NCBI GenBank assembly: GCA_965112735.1
Contig: OZ218950.1
Location: 3,720,001 to 3,784,000, forward strand
Source: Phaeosaccion multiseriatum
Lineage: Eukaryota > Protista > Ochrophyta, other classes
Length of the DNA: 64,000 nt
Direction: 5' to 3'
Shown here: one piece after another, positions 38,301 through 63,813 of the stretch
Numbering within the stretch: position 1 is the stretch's first letter
How the letters are laid out: each line of letters opens with the position of its first letter
Notes under the pieces: generated by a model
What the model saw: only the letters and a program-made list of their open reading frames with translations
Told to the model about the DNA's origin: nothing
Databases searched by the model: none
Translations under genes and position numbers: made by a program

Positions 38301-40137
38301 GCTTCCCTTCCCTTGCGCCTTGACTCGACTCTTGTCCCGGTGCTCCTCCTTTCCTCCCTCCCCCCCCCCTCCCCCCTCCTCCTCCTCCTCCTCCTCCTCC
38401 TCCTCCTCCACGGCCGCCACCAACCAAGTAGGCGTTGGCAGCAGCATGCACATCAAAGTCGTGTCTCTGGAGCAGCGAGCGTGCTGCGGCATACCCTCTT
38501 GTCTGTTGTGCGCCCTCGTCATCGGCATTACTTCCCCCCCCTCCTCCTCGTCCTTGCATCATGGATTGCAGCGCTAGGATCAAGGTTACGCGCTCCGGAC
38601 AGTCTGCATTCATCTCCTCCTCCTGACTTGCCCTCTCACCGTCACCAAGCCCGTCCCGCCAGGTAGAGTACTCCTTAATATCCACATCACCATCGTTCTT
38701 CTCAGGTGGAGACAGACAAACTACGTCGCCGTCTTCGTCTTCATCTTCGTCCTCGTCCCTGTTTTCTGTCGCGAGACCAATTACTGCAGGCCGCTGCTGT
38801 GCACTCGAGATTGTGTTGTCGTGCACAGGCAGCCGTGCGTTACCGCCTTCGTCGGCCCTGCCGCCCCCCCCCTCTTCGACTTCAGAGCCTACGAGATCCG
38901 TATCATCATCACCACCGCCCCTGGACAAGTGCACCACCTCTGGGCTCTGGACTCTGACCCCCGCGTAGTCGCTGCTCACATCCATTGCCTTCCCTTCGTC
39001 TGCTACGCTCCCCACCCATCCCGAGGACTCCCTATCCGGAGCCTCTGCTGCCTCTGCTCCTGCCCCTGCCACCTCTGTCGCCGTTGCCACACAACTCGAT
39101 CGAGCGAGTGATGCCCCTACTGCTGGTTCAGCTCCTCCCACCAAGCCCGCATCCTTCTTTGGGGGCTGACCACCCATGCTTGCGATGAAGGAGGACATGA
39201 CAGCTTTCTGGTTGCAGAACTTCCCATACAACTCCATGATCTTCCGCCGGGTCTTGTCGTGCGCTTTGGCCTTTTGGGCCGTCTCCACGCCTCCATTGCC
39301 GCCTGCGCCCACTGCATGGCGCACCAGAGACCACATAGAGAAAACGAGACAGAAGAGAGAGGAAAGTGCTTGAAAAGTAAATGAGTGTGGAGAGCTTGGG
39401 AGCATACGCCAGTGAAAGAGGAAGAGAGAGAGAGCACGAGCCGAGAGAGAGAGAGAGAGAAGGAGAAGCTTGGAGGAGGAGGAGTAGAGGGATCCCTCCT
39501 TCACGTCTGCCATACGCGCCGCCATACTTACCTGTGGGGATGATTCGCTCGGGCCGAATGTACTCGAGGAAGGCCTCAAGTTCCGAGGGGCTGCTGTGCT
39601 CGCTGTACGGCACCAGGTGCACCTCACATACGCCCTTGCTCCGCACGGGTTTCTTCTCCCCCTGGGTCCAGCCGGTGGGCATGAAGGCAACCACTCGAGT
39701 GAAGGGCTTGTTGTCGTCCTATCTCGGACACCGAGAAGTAAGCAGCAGGAATCACAGCATCAGCAGCAAAAGGACAAGTGGCATGCAACGGACAGAGTGG
39801 GCGCTCAGCTTCGTCTAAGAGGGTAGGAAGACACACGAGATGCACAGCCTCAGACGGGAGCACCAGTCAGCCAGCCCCCATACTCCCCCTGTCCCGTCGT
39901 GCCCCTTTCGCGACGCATCCCACCTGAAGCAGCTTGCTCTCTGCCTGGAGGACCTGCTCCATGGACACAAAGTTGGGCTTGAAGAAGGGCCAGGTCTCCC
40001 CGAGCTGCTCCATTCGCACGACCCTCATATTTGTTGAGTTATAGTCGGTGGTGAACACCTCATCGATCGGGAGGCACTCCCTTTGATTGCGTACACAAAG
40101 AAACACCTTCTGTGAGTGCGTAGTTGAGCGAAGGCAC

Positions 40138-40196
<59 letters not shown>

Positions 40197-40203
40197 GTCA
40201 TCG

Positions 40204-40239
<36 letters not shown>

Positions 40240-41599
40240 CCATCAAAGGACTCATGCCACGGACCATCCTCCACCTGCGTCCCCACCCCCTCCGCCTGTC
40301 TGTGGGGCAGTCACTCTTCCCACCGGCCTCGACCTACCTGAGGCAGTTCAGCATTCCCATTTTCTCAGCCGTTACGCAGATCTTCTTGCCTGTTTGCTTA
40401 TGCGTCTCCACCAGGATTCTCTCTTTGCCGATGTTATAGGTACTAATGAGAAACAAGGGGCGGTCGGGCTGCTCGCCGCCCCCGCTCCCTGCCTCGCTGT
40501 CCATCTTGGCAATAGTCGACGCAATGGACTGCACAGGAGCAGTCAAGAAATATCCAGGGGCCAACAGGGGTGAGAGGCGCGTCTCCCAAAGTGAAGGAGA
40601 ATGAGTCCTTTCAAACAGCAGGAATGTATTGCCCGGGCTCATTCTTGGCAGGCCTCCTCTCGTCGCCACTGAAACCCCGCTGCATGTCCCTCTGCACGCC
40701 GCCTTCACCTACGTTTATACACTCCTGCTGGGGCGGCACCTCTCCTTTCTTGCCCACCAAGGCATATGTTGTATCGAGGAACACCGCGTCAGCGCCTTTG
40801 AACTCTGCGAGCAGAGGGCACCTGCCAGTCAGCAGGCAGGGAGGGAGGAGGAGGAGGAGGGGGAGGGCAGACACATTAGCTGCTTGCGTTGACGTCGGTG
40901 TGTGTGTGTGCGTGGGCACGTGTTGCTCACCTAGGCATGGCTTCGGCGTCATAGCGGAAGTCTCCCGTGTGAACATAGCGCCTCCCATCCTTGAGCTTGA
41001 ACAGCCACAGCGCCGCGCCAGGGCAGTGGTTGGCATCCACAAGGGTCACTTTCACTAGGAGGAGGGCCGAGAGATGACGGGAGTCAGCCGCCGGCGCGCT
41101 TCCCTCATTCATGCCCCCAGCTCCGACGCAAAATGCTCACCTCCTTCTATTTCAGTCTCCTCGTTCATCGGCAGGGGGTGAAGCCACTCTTCTCCGACGC
41201 CCAGCTTGTGCTGCATCACCAAGGCTGTGATGGCGGTGCAGTAGACTGTGTTCATGACAGCAAGATGGTAAGGCGATATAGATTTGGGCATGCTTAAGGA
41301 GGCAAGTCACTTACTGGGCCCGAGACTCCACGACGGGGACAAGCCTGTGTAGTGGTCTCCGTGGGCATGGGTGAGTATCCAGGCGGTGGGGGTAGGCTCG
41401 CTGTGCTGGAAGCGGAAGGCGTCAACTAGGAGGGGGAGGGGGGGGGATAGGCAGCAGAAGGCGGGAAAACAAAAGACATGACTTGAGTGGCAAAGAGAGA
41501 CGTGTGGCAAAGGGGAACATCCTCTCAGGACGTATGCAGGCTATATTTACCTGCGAAGAGCGTCCCTGGTACGGCCTTGCTGTCTGGCAGCGGGGCCAT
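33400..41599 (-). CDS. LIG6: SNM1/Pso2-type metallo-beta-lactamase/beta-CASP nuclease fused to an ATP-dependent LIG1-like DNA ligase (DNA ligase 6 architecture), many exons
   Basis: N-terminus: [86 protein letters not shown]. Ligase: [38 protein letters not shown] (KxDG), [42 protein letters not shown]. Confidence 0.88.
40138..40244. repeat. (CAT)n microsatellite in a LIG6-like intron
   Basis: Seen directly. Confidence 0.95.
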
Positions 41600-42061
41600 C
41601 GGAGAGAGAGGGCAATGGCTGACTCAGCCCGACCCAGCCAGACTTACCGTTCACACATCTTGACCCCTCTCAAGGGAGCACTATAAAAAAGAGAGATGAT
41701 TAGCGAGCGTGTAACTTCGTTATTGGAGGAGAGGAAGGGGGAGAGGGGATTTATTATTGGCGGGGGTGGGGACGATTGTGGATTTGTTATGGACATCAAG
41801 TGCCATCCTATAAATTCCTTCTTTTCTCTCGTCCCCTTTATCGGGGGCTCTCGGATCAATCATTTTCGCTCTTGCGCGGGTTGCGGCATAGACCAGCCGC
41901 CCCCAGCAAGACCAGTAGAGGTAGCGGAAGAAGTAGAAGCTTCCGTCCCGAATCGCAGCTGTGTTGGCAAAGAGTATACGTGGGGCAAAGCGAAGAAGAG
42001 AAAAAAAGTGAGGGGCGCCGACAGTTAAGGAGGGCGTGCCCCTCCCCCTCTCCCCTCCACC

Positions 42062-42715
42062 ATGAGCTTGTTCCATAGAAAGACTAAGGACCCAAAGGAA
42101 TTGGCGAAGGAAGCCAAGAGAGCCACGCGCGCGGGGGAGCGGGACATTGAGAAGGAGATCCGGCACGCCGAGAAGGAGGAGAAGAAGCTAATTGCGGATA
42201 TAAAAAAGTCGGCCAAGAGTGGCAATGAGAGAGCCACAAAGATCCTGGCAAAGCAGCTGATTGCCTTGCGGCAGAACAAGGAGCGGCTGATGGCTTCCAA
42301 GGGGCAGATCGCCGCAGTAGGCCATCAAACGACGATGATGGCTTCTCAGGCAAACATGGCCAAGATCATGGGGAATGTGGCAGGCACAATGGGGGAGATG
42401 AACAAGGTGGTAAGCCCAGAAGAAACGGCAAAGATAATGCAGCAGTTTGCTGTGGCCAACGAACGGATGGGCCTGAGTGAAGAGATGATGGACGATGCAC
42501 TCATGGACGCGTTCGACACAGAGGGGGCGGAGGAGGAGGCGGACGGCATCGTGTCGCAGGTCCTTGACGAGATTGGCATCGACGTTGGAGCAGCCCTTCC
42601 CTCTGGGCCAACAGCACGCCCAGCCGGGGCTGCTGCTAGAATAACCACGGAGGAGGAGGACAGTGAAACAGATGCCGCGGCGGAAGAGCTGATGAAGAAG
42701 TTGCAGGCTCTTTGA
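42062..42715 (+). CDS. VPS2: ESCRT-III subunit CHMP2/VPS2 (Snf7 family), intronless
   Basis: KDPKELAKE...ERDIEKE...EEKKLIADIKK.AK.G...KILAKQLI; MNK...KIMQQF; EEMMDDALMDAFD; EEADGIVSQVLDEIGID; MIM-like tail EELMKKLQAL. Confidence 0.93.
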   Translation: MSLFHRKTKDPKELAKEAKRATRAGERDIEKEIRHAEKEEKKLIADIKKSAKSGNERATKILAKQLIALRQNKERLMASKGQIAAVGHQTTMMASQANMAKIMGNVAGTMGEMNKVVSPEETAKIMQQFAVANERMGLSEEMMDDALMDAFDTEGAEEEADGIVSQVLDEIGIDVGAALPSGPTARPAGAAARITTEEEDSETDAAAEELMKKLQAL

Positions 42716-43139
42716 GGACCTCGACATGTCAGAGTTCAGACGTGCAGCTCTTTGAGAAGGCGGCATTTCCTCCGATCTCATCTTAGCACCAGTCGCTTCA
42801 TCGTTTGGTGGAACCGCTGGACCGCCCCTGGACGTAGCAGTAGCACTTCCTCTCTCTTAACACGCGCGAGGTACTTGCAGCCTTGTAGCCCCTAGATCAG
42901 CTTTCGCTCACCACCCTCGCTATGGAATGTATAAAGCTTTTTTTGTAACACAGCTATATATCAAGGGTTTGCTGGTCATGCCAAAATATGCAAGGCCTCA
43001 CTCAGCGCTCCTCCCGCACTCGGCTCCACGCTCCGACACCCCCCTCCCTCCCCCCCTGTGGGTTCGTTGACCATCGACTGCCACCCCCCCCCCGGGTTGG
43101 ATACTCGCCAGACAACAAGAGAGATAACAAAAGACAATA

Positions 43140-43501
43140 ATGGAGGGAGCTGGAGCAGCGACAGCAATAGGGGAGGAGACGAAGCGGTCCAGGGAGGAGG
43201 AGGAGAGAGAAGACGGCGTGGAGGGAAATGAGGAGGAGGCAGAGGATGGTGGAGCCGGGGACGAGGACGAGCAGGTTGAGGAGCAAGAGGAAGAAGGAGA
43301 GGATGCAGGGCAGGAGGGAGGTGGAGGTGACGACATGGACGAGGAAGAGCCCGGTTCCAAGGAGAAGCCTGGGCGAGCACAAGAAGCCATGCCATCAGGA
43401 GCTGATGAAGAATACAGAAAGCGGGGAAGGGAGGGCGAGGCTCCAGATGGTGAACAAGACATGGACCAGCAGATGAATGAGGATGATGATGCTACCGCTG
43501 C

Positions 43502-43532
<31 letters not shown>

Positions 43533-45032
43533 GCTGCGGTTGCGATGAATGAAGATGAGGCAGGCCAGCCCCCTAAAAAGAGGGTTAGGAAATCGCCTTC
43601 GTCGTTCATTCCCGGCACCATCAAGCCAGTGGCTACGGCAGGTGGAAAGCGCCGAGGACGGCCGCCAAAGCCCGGTAAAGGGGCTCAGTCTATAGTAGCT
43701 GGAGGAGGGGAAGAGGCGGAAGGAGGAGGAACGCCGGGAGAGGCGGCAGGGGTAGTGGCACCAAAAAAGAGAGGCCGGCCACCAAAGGCGAAAGGTGGCG
43801 TGGGAGGGGAAGGAGGGCCGACGGTAATGGGCGATGGCACAAGCAGGGCAGCAGCAGGAGGAGGGGTAGGAGGAGAAGGACGAATAGGAGCAGCAGCGGC
43901 GGCGGCGGCCGTGGTGGCGGCAACACCCTCGGCCGATGGAGCTGGACCAGCAGGGGGGGAGGCCGCCAAAGGAGGCGGCAGCAGCAGCAGTAGCAGCAAC
44001 AACAGTAGTAGTAGAGCCACCACTACCACCAATAGGGGCAGGGGCAGAGCAAGAGGCCGGGCAAGGGCCCGGGGTAGAGGAGGGGGTCGGGGAGGGGCTC
44101 GATCAATACAAGACGGCTTCGCGGGCTCCAAGCAAAGCCACACCAAGTCCATGGGACAGGTGCGTTGGCGCTCGCATAAGATGGTGGAGGATTACGTCAA
44201 CCTGTGCGGGAAGCTCATGTATCCCGACATTAGCGTGGGGCCGTTTGGCTACAGCTTGGAGGAGGGGCACTACCCCATGGAGAGGCCCTCCATGTTGGGC
44301 ATTGTGAGCCACCCAATCCGCAGACCGAGGGTGTTCGAGCGGTGGAGCCCGTACGAGATTGCCACCTTCGAGGGCGCCATTTGCATACATGGAAAGATGT
44401 TCGACGAAATCGCCAGGGTAGGTCAAACGGTGTGGTGATCTGCAATTGGCTCGGCCGCCCTCCAGAGCAAACGTTGACCCTTTCCATGTGGACTATCCGT
44501 CTGATAGCAGTTTAAAAGTCTTCATTGCGTCCCTCCCCTCTCCTCCTTGTTCCTTCCTCCTTCCTCCTGCTCCTGCTCCTCCTCCTCCTCCTGCTCCTGC
44601 TCCTCCTCCTCCTCCTCCTCCTCCTCCTCCTCCTCCTCCTCCTCCTCCTCCTCCTCCTCCTCTTCCTCCTGCTGCTGCTCCTGCTCCTGCTGCTCCTCCT
44701 CCTCTTCCCCCTCCGCCTCCTGCTCCTCCTCCTCCTCCTGCTCCTGCTCCTCGTCCTCCTCCTCTCCGCAACTTGCTCCCCCCCCCTCCTGTGGGTACCG
44801 CTGCCCGTACACCTCGTCACAGATTATTGGAACCAAAAATACGTGCGAGGTCATCGAGTTCTACTACATGTGGAAGAAGACGTCGCACTACAAGCAGTGG
44901 AAGGCGATGTACAAGCAAGAGATTGCCATCGTCACGGGGGCGGAGGAGGAGGAGAGAGGCAGCAGCGACGGCGAGGCTGACGACGATGAAGAGTGGAGCG
45001 CGGGTGCTTCCTCCAACGGCGTGAGGTCTTGA
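43140..45032 (+). CDS. AT-hook + SANT/Myb domain protein; exons 43140-44417, 44823-45032
   Basis: KRRGRPPK and KKRGRPPK AT-hooks; spliced SANT WSPYEIATFEGAICIHGKMFDEIAR|IIGTKNTCEVIEFYYMWKKT. Confidence 0.85.
44540..44765. repeat. (CCT)n-based microsatellite in the SANT gene intron
   Basis: Seen directly; lies between the GT near 44418 and the AG at 44822. Confidence 0.9.
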
Positions 45033-45363
45033 ATGTGTGCTAATCGTTTGTCCTGTGCTTCTTTTCTATTTTTGCTTTTAGATGGATGGAATGGGCCGTC
45101 CCAGTCGTTTGAAAACTCGTCGTGTTTTCCTGCCGAATACCAAGCTAAACCAACACGATTAAGTCAAAGCTACGTACCTCGTTGGGAAGCGAGGCAGGAG
45201 GCAGCACAGAGCCCGGCGCCGACGAGAGCGAGTGCGAGTCGACGAGCGAGTCGATATCTTGAGTTTCAGTTTCAGGCTCACAGCTGGCGCCGTAGAACCT
45301 CCCGGTGGGGGTGACCTTTTGATCTAATTGGCGCGGGGAGAAAGCAAAAATAAGAAAGAAGAT

Positions 45364-46804
45364 ATGGGAAAGCTGGGAAGGAGAGCCCACCGGTCCCGAT
45401 GGAAGCGCTTACTACCTCCGGAAGCCATGGAAAAGCTCCTCAACTTCAGAATCGGCGGGAACAGCACAACAACCATCAGCCGAGCACAGGAGGACGCGGA
45501 GTCTTACGTGCAACATAAGAGGACCTTGGAAAATGCGGAGGCACCTATCAAGGCCAAGAAGCTGTATGACGACATGGCGGTCGGCTGGGTGCACAACATC
45601 AACTACCAGTCACCACCCAATGAAGTGGAAGACTATCTGAAGAGGGCGTCAGGCTCGAGAGGGCGCGTTCACTTCCTCCCTCACGGCAAGTGCAAGGGCG
45701 CGGGCCACATCTTTCTGAGCTGTAAGCGCGAGCTCGACCACCTTTGCCACCTCTCCGAGCAACCTGGTGGGGGGAAACTCCGGCTTCGTGGTAGACCCCT
45801 CTCCGTGAGTGAAGACCGCAATCCGGCCTTTACAAAGAGTAGCAGAGAGAAGCGGGTTGTTAGCACCATAGCGAATAGGTTGGAGACACAAACGTGCAAG
45901 TGCTCCGCCTTGCAGCTTTGCACCTACTGGCCCAGCGAGCTCACCATGCTATGGTCATCATCACTCTCGGACTGGGAATCCGACGAGTCGCAGCAGGCTC
46001 AGCAGTATGAAGTTGAAGCGACGGTGGAAATGGGCCAACGAATAGTAGCAATTGAGCTGACGGCGGCTGCTGCTGACGCTGGGGCCATTTCGGTCCCCCT
46101 CGAGTGGGATGATATATTTGACAGCGGTCTCGGTAGTGTGCAGCGCTCTCTCAAAGACTATCGGGTCGAAATCAGGATGAAGCACCTGCATCCGTCGTCA
46201 GTCTTGTTGGACCTCGGGAAGGGGAGCTATGGCGTCCTCTTGCATCTCCGCATGCCCCCCTTTCTCTACCAGAAGCCCAGTGCTCACGATTCTATGGCGA
46301 TGTTCTTCTCCATGTTGATGGCCACGCGGGACGACTGGAAAATGGCAGTGGATGACCTGACTGACTGTGAAGCCATGGGAAGGGCGAACTGCTACTGCCT
46401 CCGCGTCCCCACCAAGGCTGAGGGTTACAAACTCATGGACCTTCTCAGAGGCTGCCGTATCGCCCCCGACTTCTCCCCCTCGGTCCCGCCCAAGTCGCAG
46501 CCTTTGCGCTCGGCTCTCGGGCGAAGCGAGTCGGCCCGGGCAGACGTAGCGAAGCTCGATTTTGCGGTGCGCTACGAGCTAGAGTGTCTGGAGTCGGCGT
46601 TCGTGTTGGACAGGCTGGCGTGGACAAAGGAGTTCGTGCAGCTGCTCCAAGACTTGCCCGCTCCCTGCGCGGTGGAGGCGATTCGAGACCTTGCAGAGCA
46701 GCAGGATCATCACCAGCAGCGCCACACGGGAGACAGAGGCCAGCAGCAGCAGCAAGCCACACCAGTTGAGGCTCTGAGGGAGAGCATCAAGAGGGCCAAG
46801 GCAA

Positions 46805-46871
<67 letters not shown>

Positions 46872-47631
46872 CTCAGACGATGACATGGAGACGCGAAGAG
46901 TGTACATCACTCCGCTCCGAGTGGTAAGACCGAGTGGCCCTGGCCTGCCTTCCTACGAGTGCGCGCATGTGTCCCCTCTGTACGAGTCTTCGGCCGGCGG
47001 AGGCGGACTTTTCTCGCTCTCCCATCGTACCGCAACAAGCACACACACAAACTGACGCAAGATACCTTATTTCTTTTTTCTGCCTCGCTTTTCCTCGGCC
47101 CTCCATCTTCCTTGTCCCTCTCTTGCGAAGGTGCGCACTCCCCCTTGCCCGGACGCGTCCAACCGCATTCTGCGCCTCTATCGCCAGTACCAAGACCGCT
47201 TCGTGCGAGTGCGATTCGCCGGGGAAGCGCTGGGCTTCGTACCCATGGAGGCCAAGAGGAGCATGGAGACGGCCTTTATGCGCCGCATCCGCAACGAACT
47301 GGTGGACGGCATCACGATTGGGGGTCGCACCTTCAAGCTATTGGGCTGGGCTAATTCCCAGCTTACGGAGGGAGACGGAAGCAGGTTATCACTGACTTTG
47401 TACTCCACATCCTCCCCCTCCTTCGCATATGCGTCACGCAGCCTTCGCTCAAGACTCATTCTCACTCATGGAACTGCCGCCATCTCCCACTCTTCCGCCT
47501 CACCAGTTGGTTCTTCTGTGACGAGCCGGAGGGAGACATCGAGCCGCCATCTGTGGACGAAATCAGAGAGAAGGTGGGCAACCTCAGGGCCATTAAGCGA
47601 GTCAGCAAGTTCGCGGCGAGGCTCGGGTGAG

Positions 47632-47667
<36 letters not shown>

Positions 47668-50600
47668 TGTGCGAGTGGTGGGAAGGCCGGTGGACCCCAC
47701 GGTGACGGTATGTCGGAGGGAGGCGGGTGTTCTCATTGGCGATGCCCTCTTGATTGCGCCGTGGCGTCGTGCTCACTAAGCCAGCATTGCATTCATTGCA
47801 TTGTATTGCATTCATTTCGCTCTCCATCTCTATTCGACTCTCTCGGCCTTGCTTCACAGGCAAGCCTTCTCCACCTCCTCGAGTGCGAAACAACTCAACC
47901 TAGGAGATATCCAAAGGTGCGCAACCAAACGGACGACTTAGGCCCAATTCGGTTCAAATGACTGTTCATTTGGGCCTCAAGTCTCACTCAACCGCGAAAG
48001 CACAGTACGCCAGAAGCAAGAGCCGACAGCCCGTTCGCGCCTCTCGCACTCTTTTCATATCACAACCCGCATACTTGTTTGCATACGCAGGGTCCCCGAT
48101 GTCGACTCCGGCCCCTACTGCTTCACAGATGGCTGTGGCACCATCTCCCCGGCTCTCATGCAAGAAGTCGCCGAGTCGATGGCATGGGCACCCGACGCCC
48201 CTCCCTCCGCCATCCAGATTCGCCTCGGAGGGTGCAAGGGCGTGCTGTGTACCGACAATCGCATGCCAACAGAGAGCCGCTCCGTCGCTGTCCGACCAAG
48301 CATGGAGAAGTTCGACAGCTGCGACACGACACTTGAGATTGTAGGCCGCTCCAAGTGTTTGCCGTGCTTCCTCAACCGCCAGCTTGTGGCCTTGCTCAGC
48401 GACCTGGGCGTTGCCACTACCACTTTTGAGGCCCTCCACGACGAAGCTGTCCGCCTTCTCAAGGGCATGCTCAGTTCAACCAAGGCAGCGCTCGCCGCCC
48501 TGACCGCGACCGGCTTACATGGCGGGTATGGGGGTCTGCCCGTGGTAACCGACCTCCTAGAGGCCGGAGTGGGCATCGAAGAGGAGCCGCTGCTGCTTAG
48601 CATGCTCGAGGCCTGTCAGCGATTCCTCCTCTCGGCCATCAAAGTCAAGTGCAGAGTGCTCATCCCTCAGGCTGTGGTGGTGATGGGCGTGGTGGATGAG
48701 ACCAACTCCCTCCGAGAGGGCCAGGTGTTTCTGCAGCTCTCTTCCCTCCCCTCTTTTGACGAAGACGATCAGAAGTCCAGCAGCAGCCGTAGTAGCGGCA
48801 GCAGTAGCAGTACAAGGAAGACGCAGGGTGCTGCCCAAGTGAAGCTTGGCAGGGTGGCTGTGGGTCGGAATCCGAGCCTCCACCCCGGGGATGTCCGTGT
48901 GCTGGAGGCCGTGGATGCCCCTTCGCTACGACATTTGCGCAATGTGATTGTGTTCCCCGCGCAGGGAAGCAGGCCGCACCCCTCCGAGATGAGCGGCGGA
49001 GACCTGGACGGTGACCTCTACTTTGCCATTTGGGACCGCAGGATGACTTGTCTCACGCAAGTCGCTCCCATGGATTACACGGTGAGAGCAGGAGAGGAGG
49101 AGAGGAGGAGCGACGTAGTGGGTAGGAAGGAAGTGGGCAGGCACTGGGCAGGCACTCGGCAGGCAGTTGACGGGCGGGTGGTGGGCCGGCCGGAGGATGG
49201 CGGTCATGGGGATGCTTGGTCGTTGATTCGTCTCGTGCACAGCTGAGCCACAGGTCTGACGCACCGTCGCACAATCGCTCTTTTCATTGCTTGCAGGGTG
49301 CCCCGCCTCCACCCGACCACGAGGGCGACATCGGCGGACCGGAACTGGCGAAGTTTCTATGTAAATACATCATCTCCAACAACGTCGGTGAGTGAGTGAG
49401 TGAGTGAGTGAGTGAGTGAGTGAGTGAGTGAGTGAGTGAGTGAGTGAGTGAGTGAGTGAGTGAGTGAGTGAGTGAGTGAGTGAGTGAGAGAGTCAGTTGC
49501 CGCGTCGAGCTGTGCCCTCTCAGGGCGTCGAGTCACAGGCAGGCAAGCGCTTGCTTCGAAGCTCCTCTCGCGAGAAGGACGCACATGTGCTGTGCGCGCA
49601 GCCCTTCTCGACGAGTCACTGCTTCTTGCCGGCGGATGGCTCGCTCCACTCACTCTTCTCCTTCTTGCTCGCTTACCTCCTCTTGTTGTTGTCACCCTCT
49701 CCCTGAGCCGATGATGCCCCATCGACCTGACTGCATCACATCACACCACATCATACATTGGTATTCTTCCACGATACTCATACACATAGCAACTCACAGA
49801 ACCCATCACCATAACTCCTTTGCTACTGTGGTGGTGCACAATCAAAAGGAGTCATTGCCACGCGACACATGGTGTTCGCTGACCTCGAGGAAAAAGGTGT
49901 GTTCCATGACAAGTGCATTGAGTTGGCGAAGCTCCACTCGGACGCCGTGGATTTCGCCAAGTCAGGACAGCCTGCGGTCTTTGATCACAAGAGGTTCGAC
50001 GTGACCGTCTTTCCTGACTGGATGGAGAAGAAGGGGAGGGTGTCTTACCCGTCGACAAAGCCTCTGGGCATTCTCTACCGGAAGTCGAAGGCAGTCGAAG
50101 AAGAATCCGCCAGAAGAGGAGGAGGAGGAGGAGGAGGAGAAGGAGGAGGAGGAGGAGCTGTGGCCCCTTTCCCTGTCTCTGGCGGCGGCTATAGCGCTAG
50201 GCTGTACTACCCAGGGAGTGAGCATTATCTCGTGGAGGCCGTTATTCAGCGAGACGAGTACGAGCGCCGCCTCAGCAAGATCAAAACTGAGTTTGGGGTT
50301 TGGGATGAAGGCGAGCTTTGGAGTGGTCGCGTGAGCAAGTACCGTCTGAAGCGTATCAAGAAGGAGGACAAAAATGGGAATGTGCAGGACAGGCTGCAGC
50401 GGAGGCTGAGCAGACTCGTCAACCTCTATGCAGGGGAGTTCTGGAGGGGTATGGGGAAGGAGGAGGAGGAGGAGGAGGGGGAGGAGGAGGAGGAGGAGGA
50501 GGAGGGGGGGGGGGGGGAGTGAGGCTGATGACCCCTTCGAATGGGCTGATGAGCGGTCAAGCTGGTCGGAGCTGTTCGAGTTCCTCCGTGACGACGGACT

Positions 50601-50970
50601 GAACAAGTGGGCAGAGACGAGGCGAGAGAACGGTGACACAGCAGCGGACTGCAGCCGCCGCAGCAGCCGGCCAGATGGCAGGACAATCCATCCAACCGAG
50701 GCGAAGGAGTACGCCTGGGATGAAGTGCTCAAGAAGGCTTCTGCCTGGTGGCTGGCGTCACACCCCGAGGAAGCCAGGCGGATCTTGGAGGAGAAGGGCA
50801 TCGCAGCAGGGGCGCTTCCCGACGGCCAAGAGGACGGCAGAGGCGGGGGGAGGGATACCAGCGGCAAGGGCAGCGGCGGCACTTGGGCGAGGCGCGGTGC
50901 AGTGAGCAGCTTCTGTTGGGTGCTGAGAGACCTGATGTGCATGATGCACCGCTTTGCGCCAGGGGGTTAA
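45364..50970 (+). CDS. RDR: Eukaryotic RNA-silencing RNA-dependent RNA polymerase (RDR/QDE-1 family, DLDGD type), about 6 exons
   Basis: SNRILRLY...RFVRVRF; LGWANSQL; KFAARLGQAFSTS; YCFTDGCGTIS; PSAIQIRLGGCKGVL; RPSMEKF; LNRQL; MGVVDET; RNPSLHPGDVR; FPAQGSRPHPSEMSGGDLDGDLYF; LHSDAVDFAKSG; FPDWMEK. Confidence 0.95.
49388..49487. repeat. (GTGA)n microsatellite beginning at an RDR 5' splice site
   Basis: Seen directly. Confidence 0.95.
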
Positions 50971-51280
50971 CCCCCGCCCGTTAACCTCCTGCATGACCGC
51001 CAACAGACTCCCCCCCATACGATTATAGCTTTAATGAATAGGATTAAATAGCCATTCATTCTATTGTAAAGTCATGTACAAAGGTACTGTACAAAATGTA
51101 CGATGTACAATCTGTGCTTTGCACCGCAACTTGCCCCCCGCAGTCCACTGCGAGTCATGCACGCGCACAACTCAGCCTCCCTCCCTCCTCTCCCTCCTCT
51201 CCCCCCTCTCGTGCATAGCTAGCTGCTACCTCTGTCTCTGTCTCTCTTTCTGTCCTCTCCCTCCTCTCCCAAAGACTCTC

Positions 51281-63813
<12,533 letters not shown>

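Noticed and set aside
39867-40573. Poly-Asp, poly-His and poly-Met ORFs
   Set aside because: Translations of an intronic (CAT)n microsatellite.
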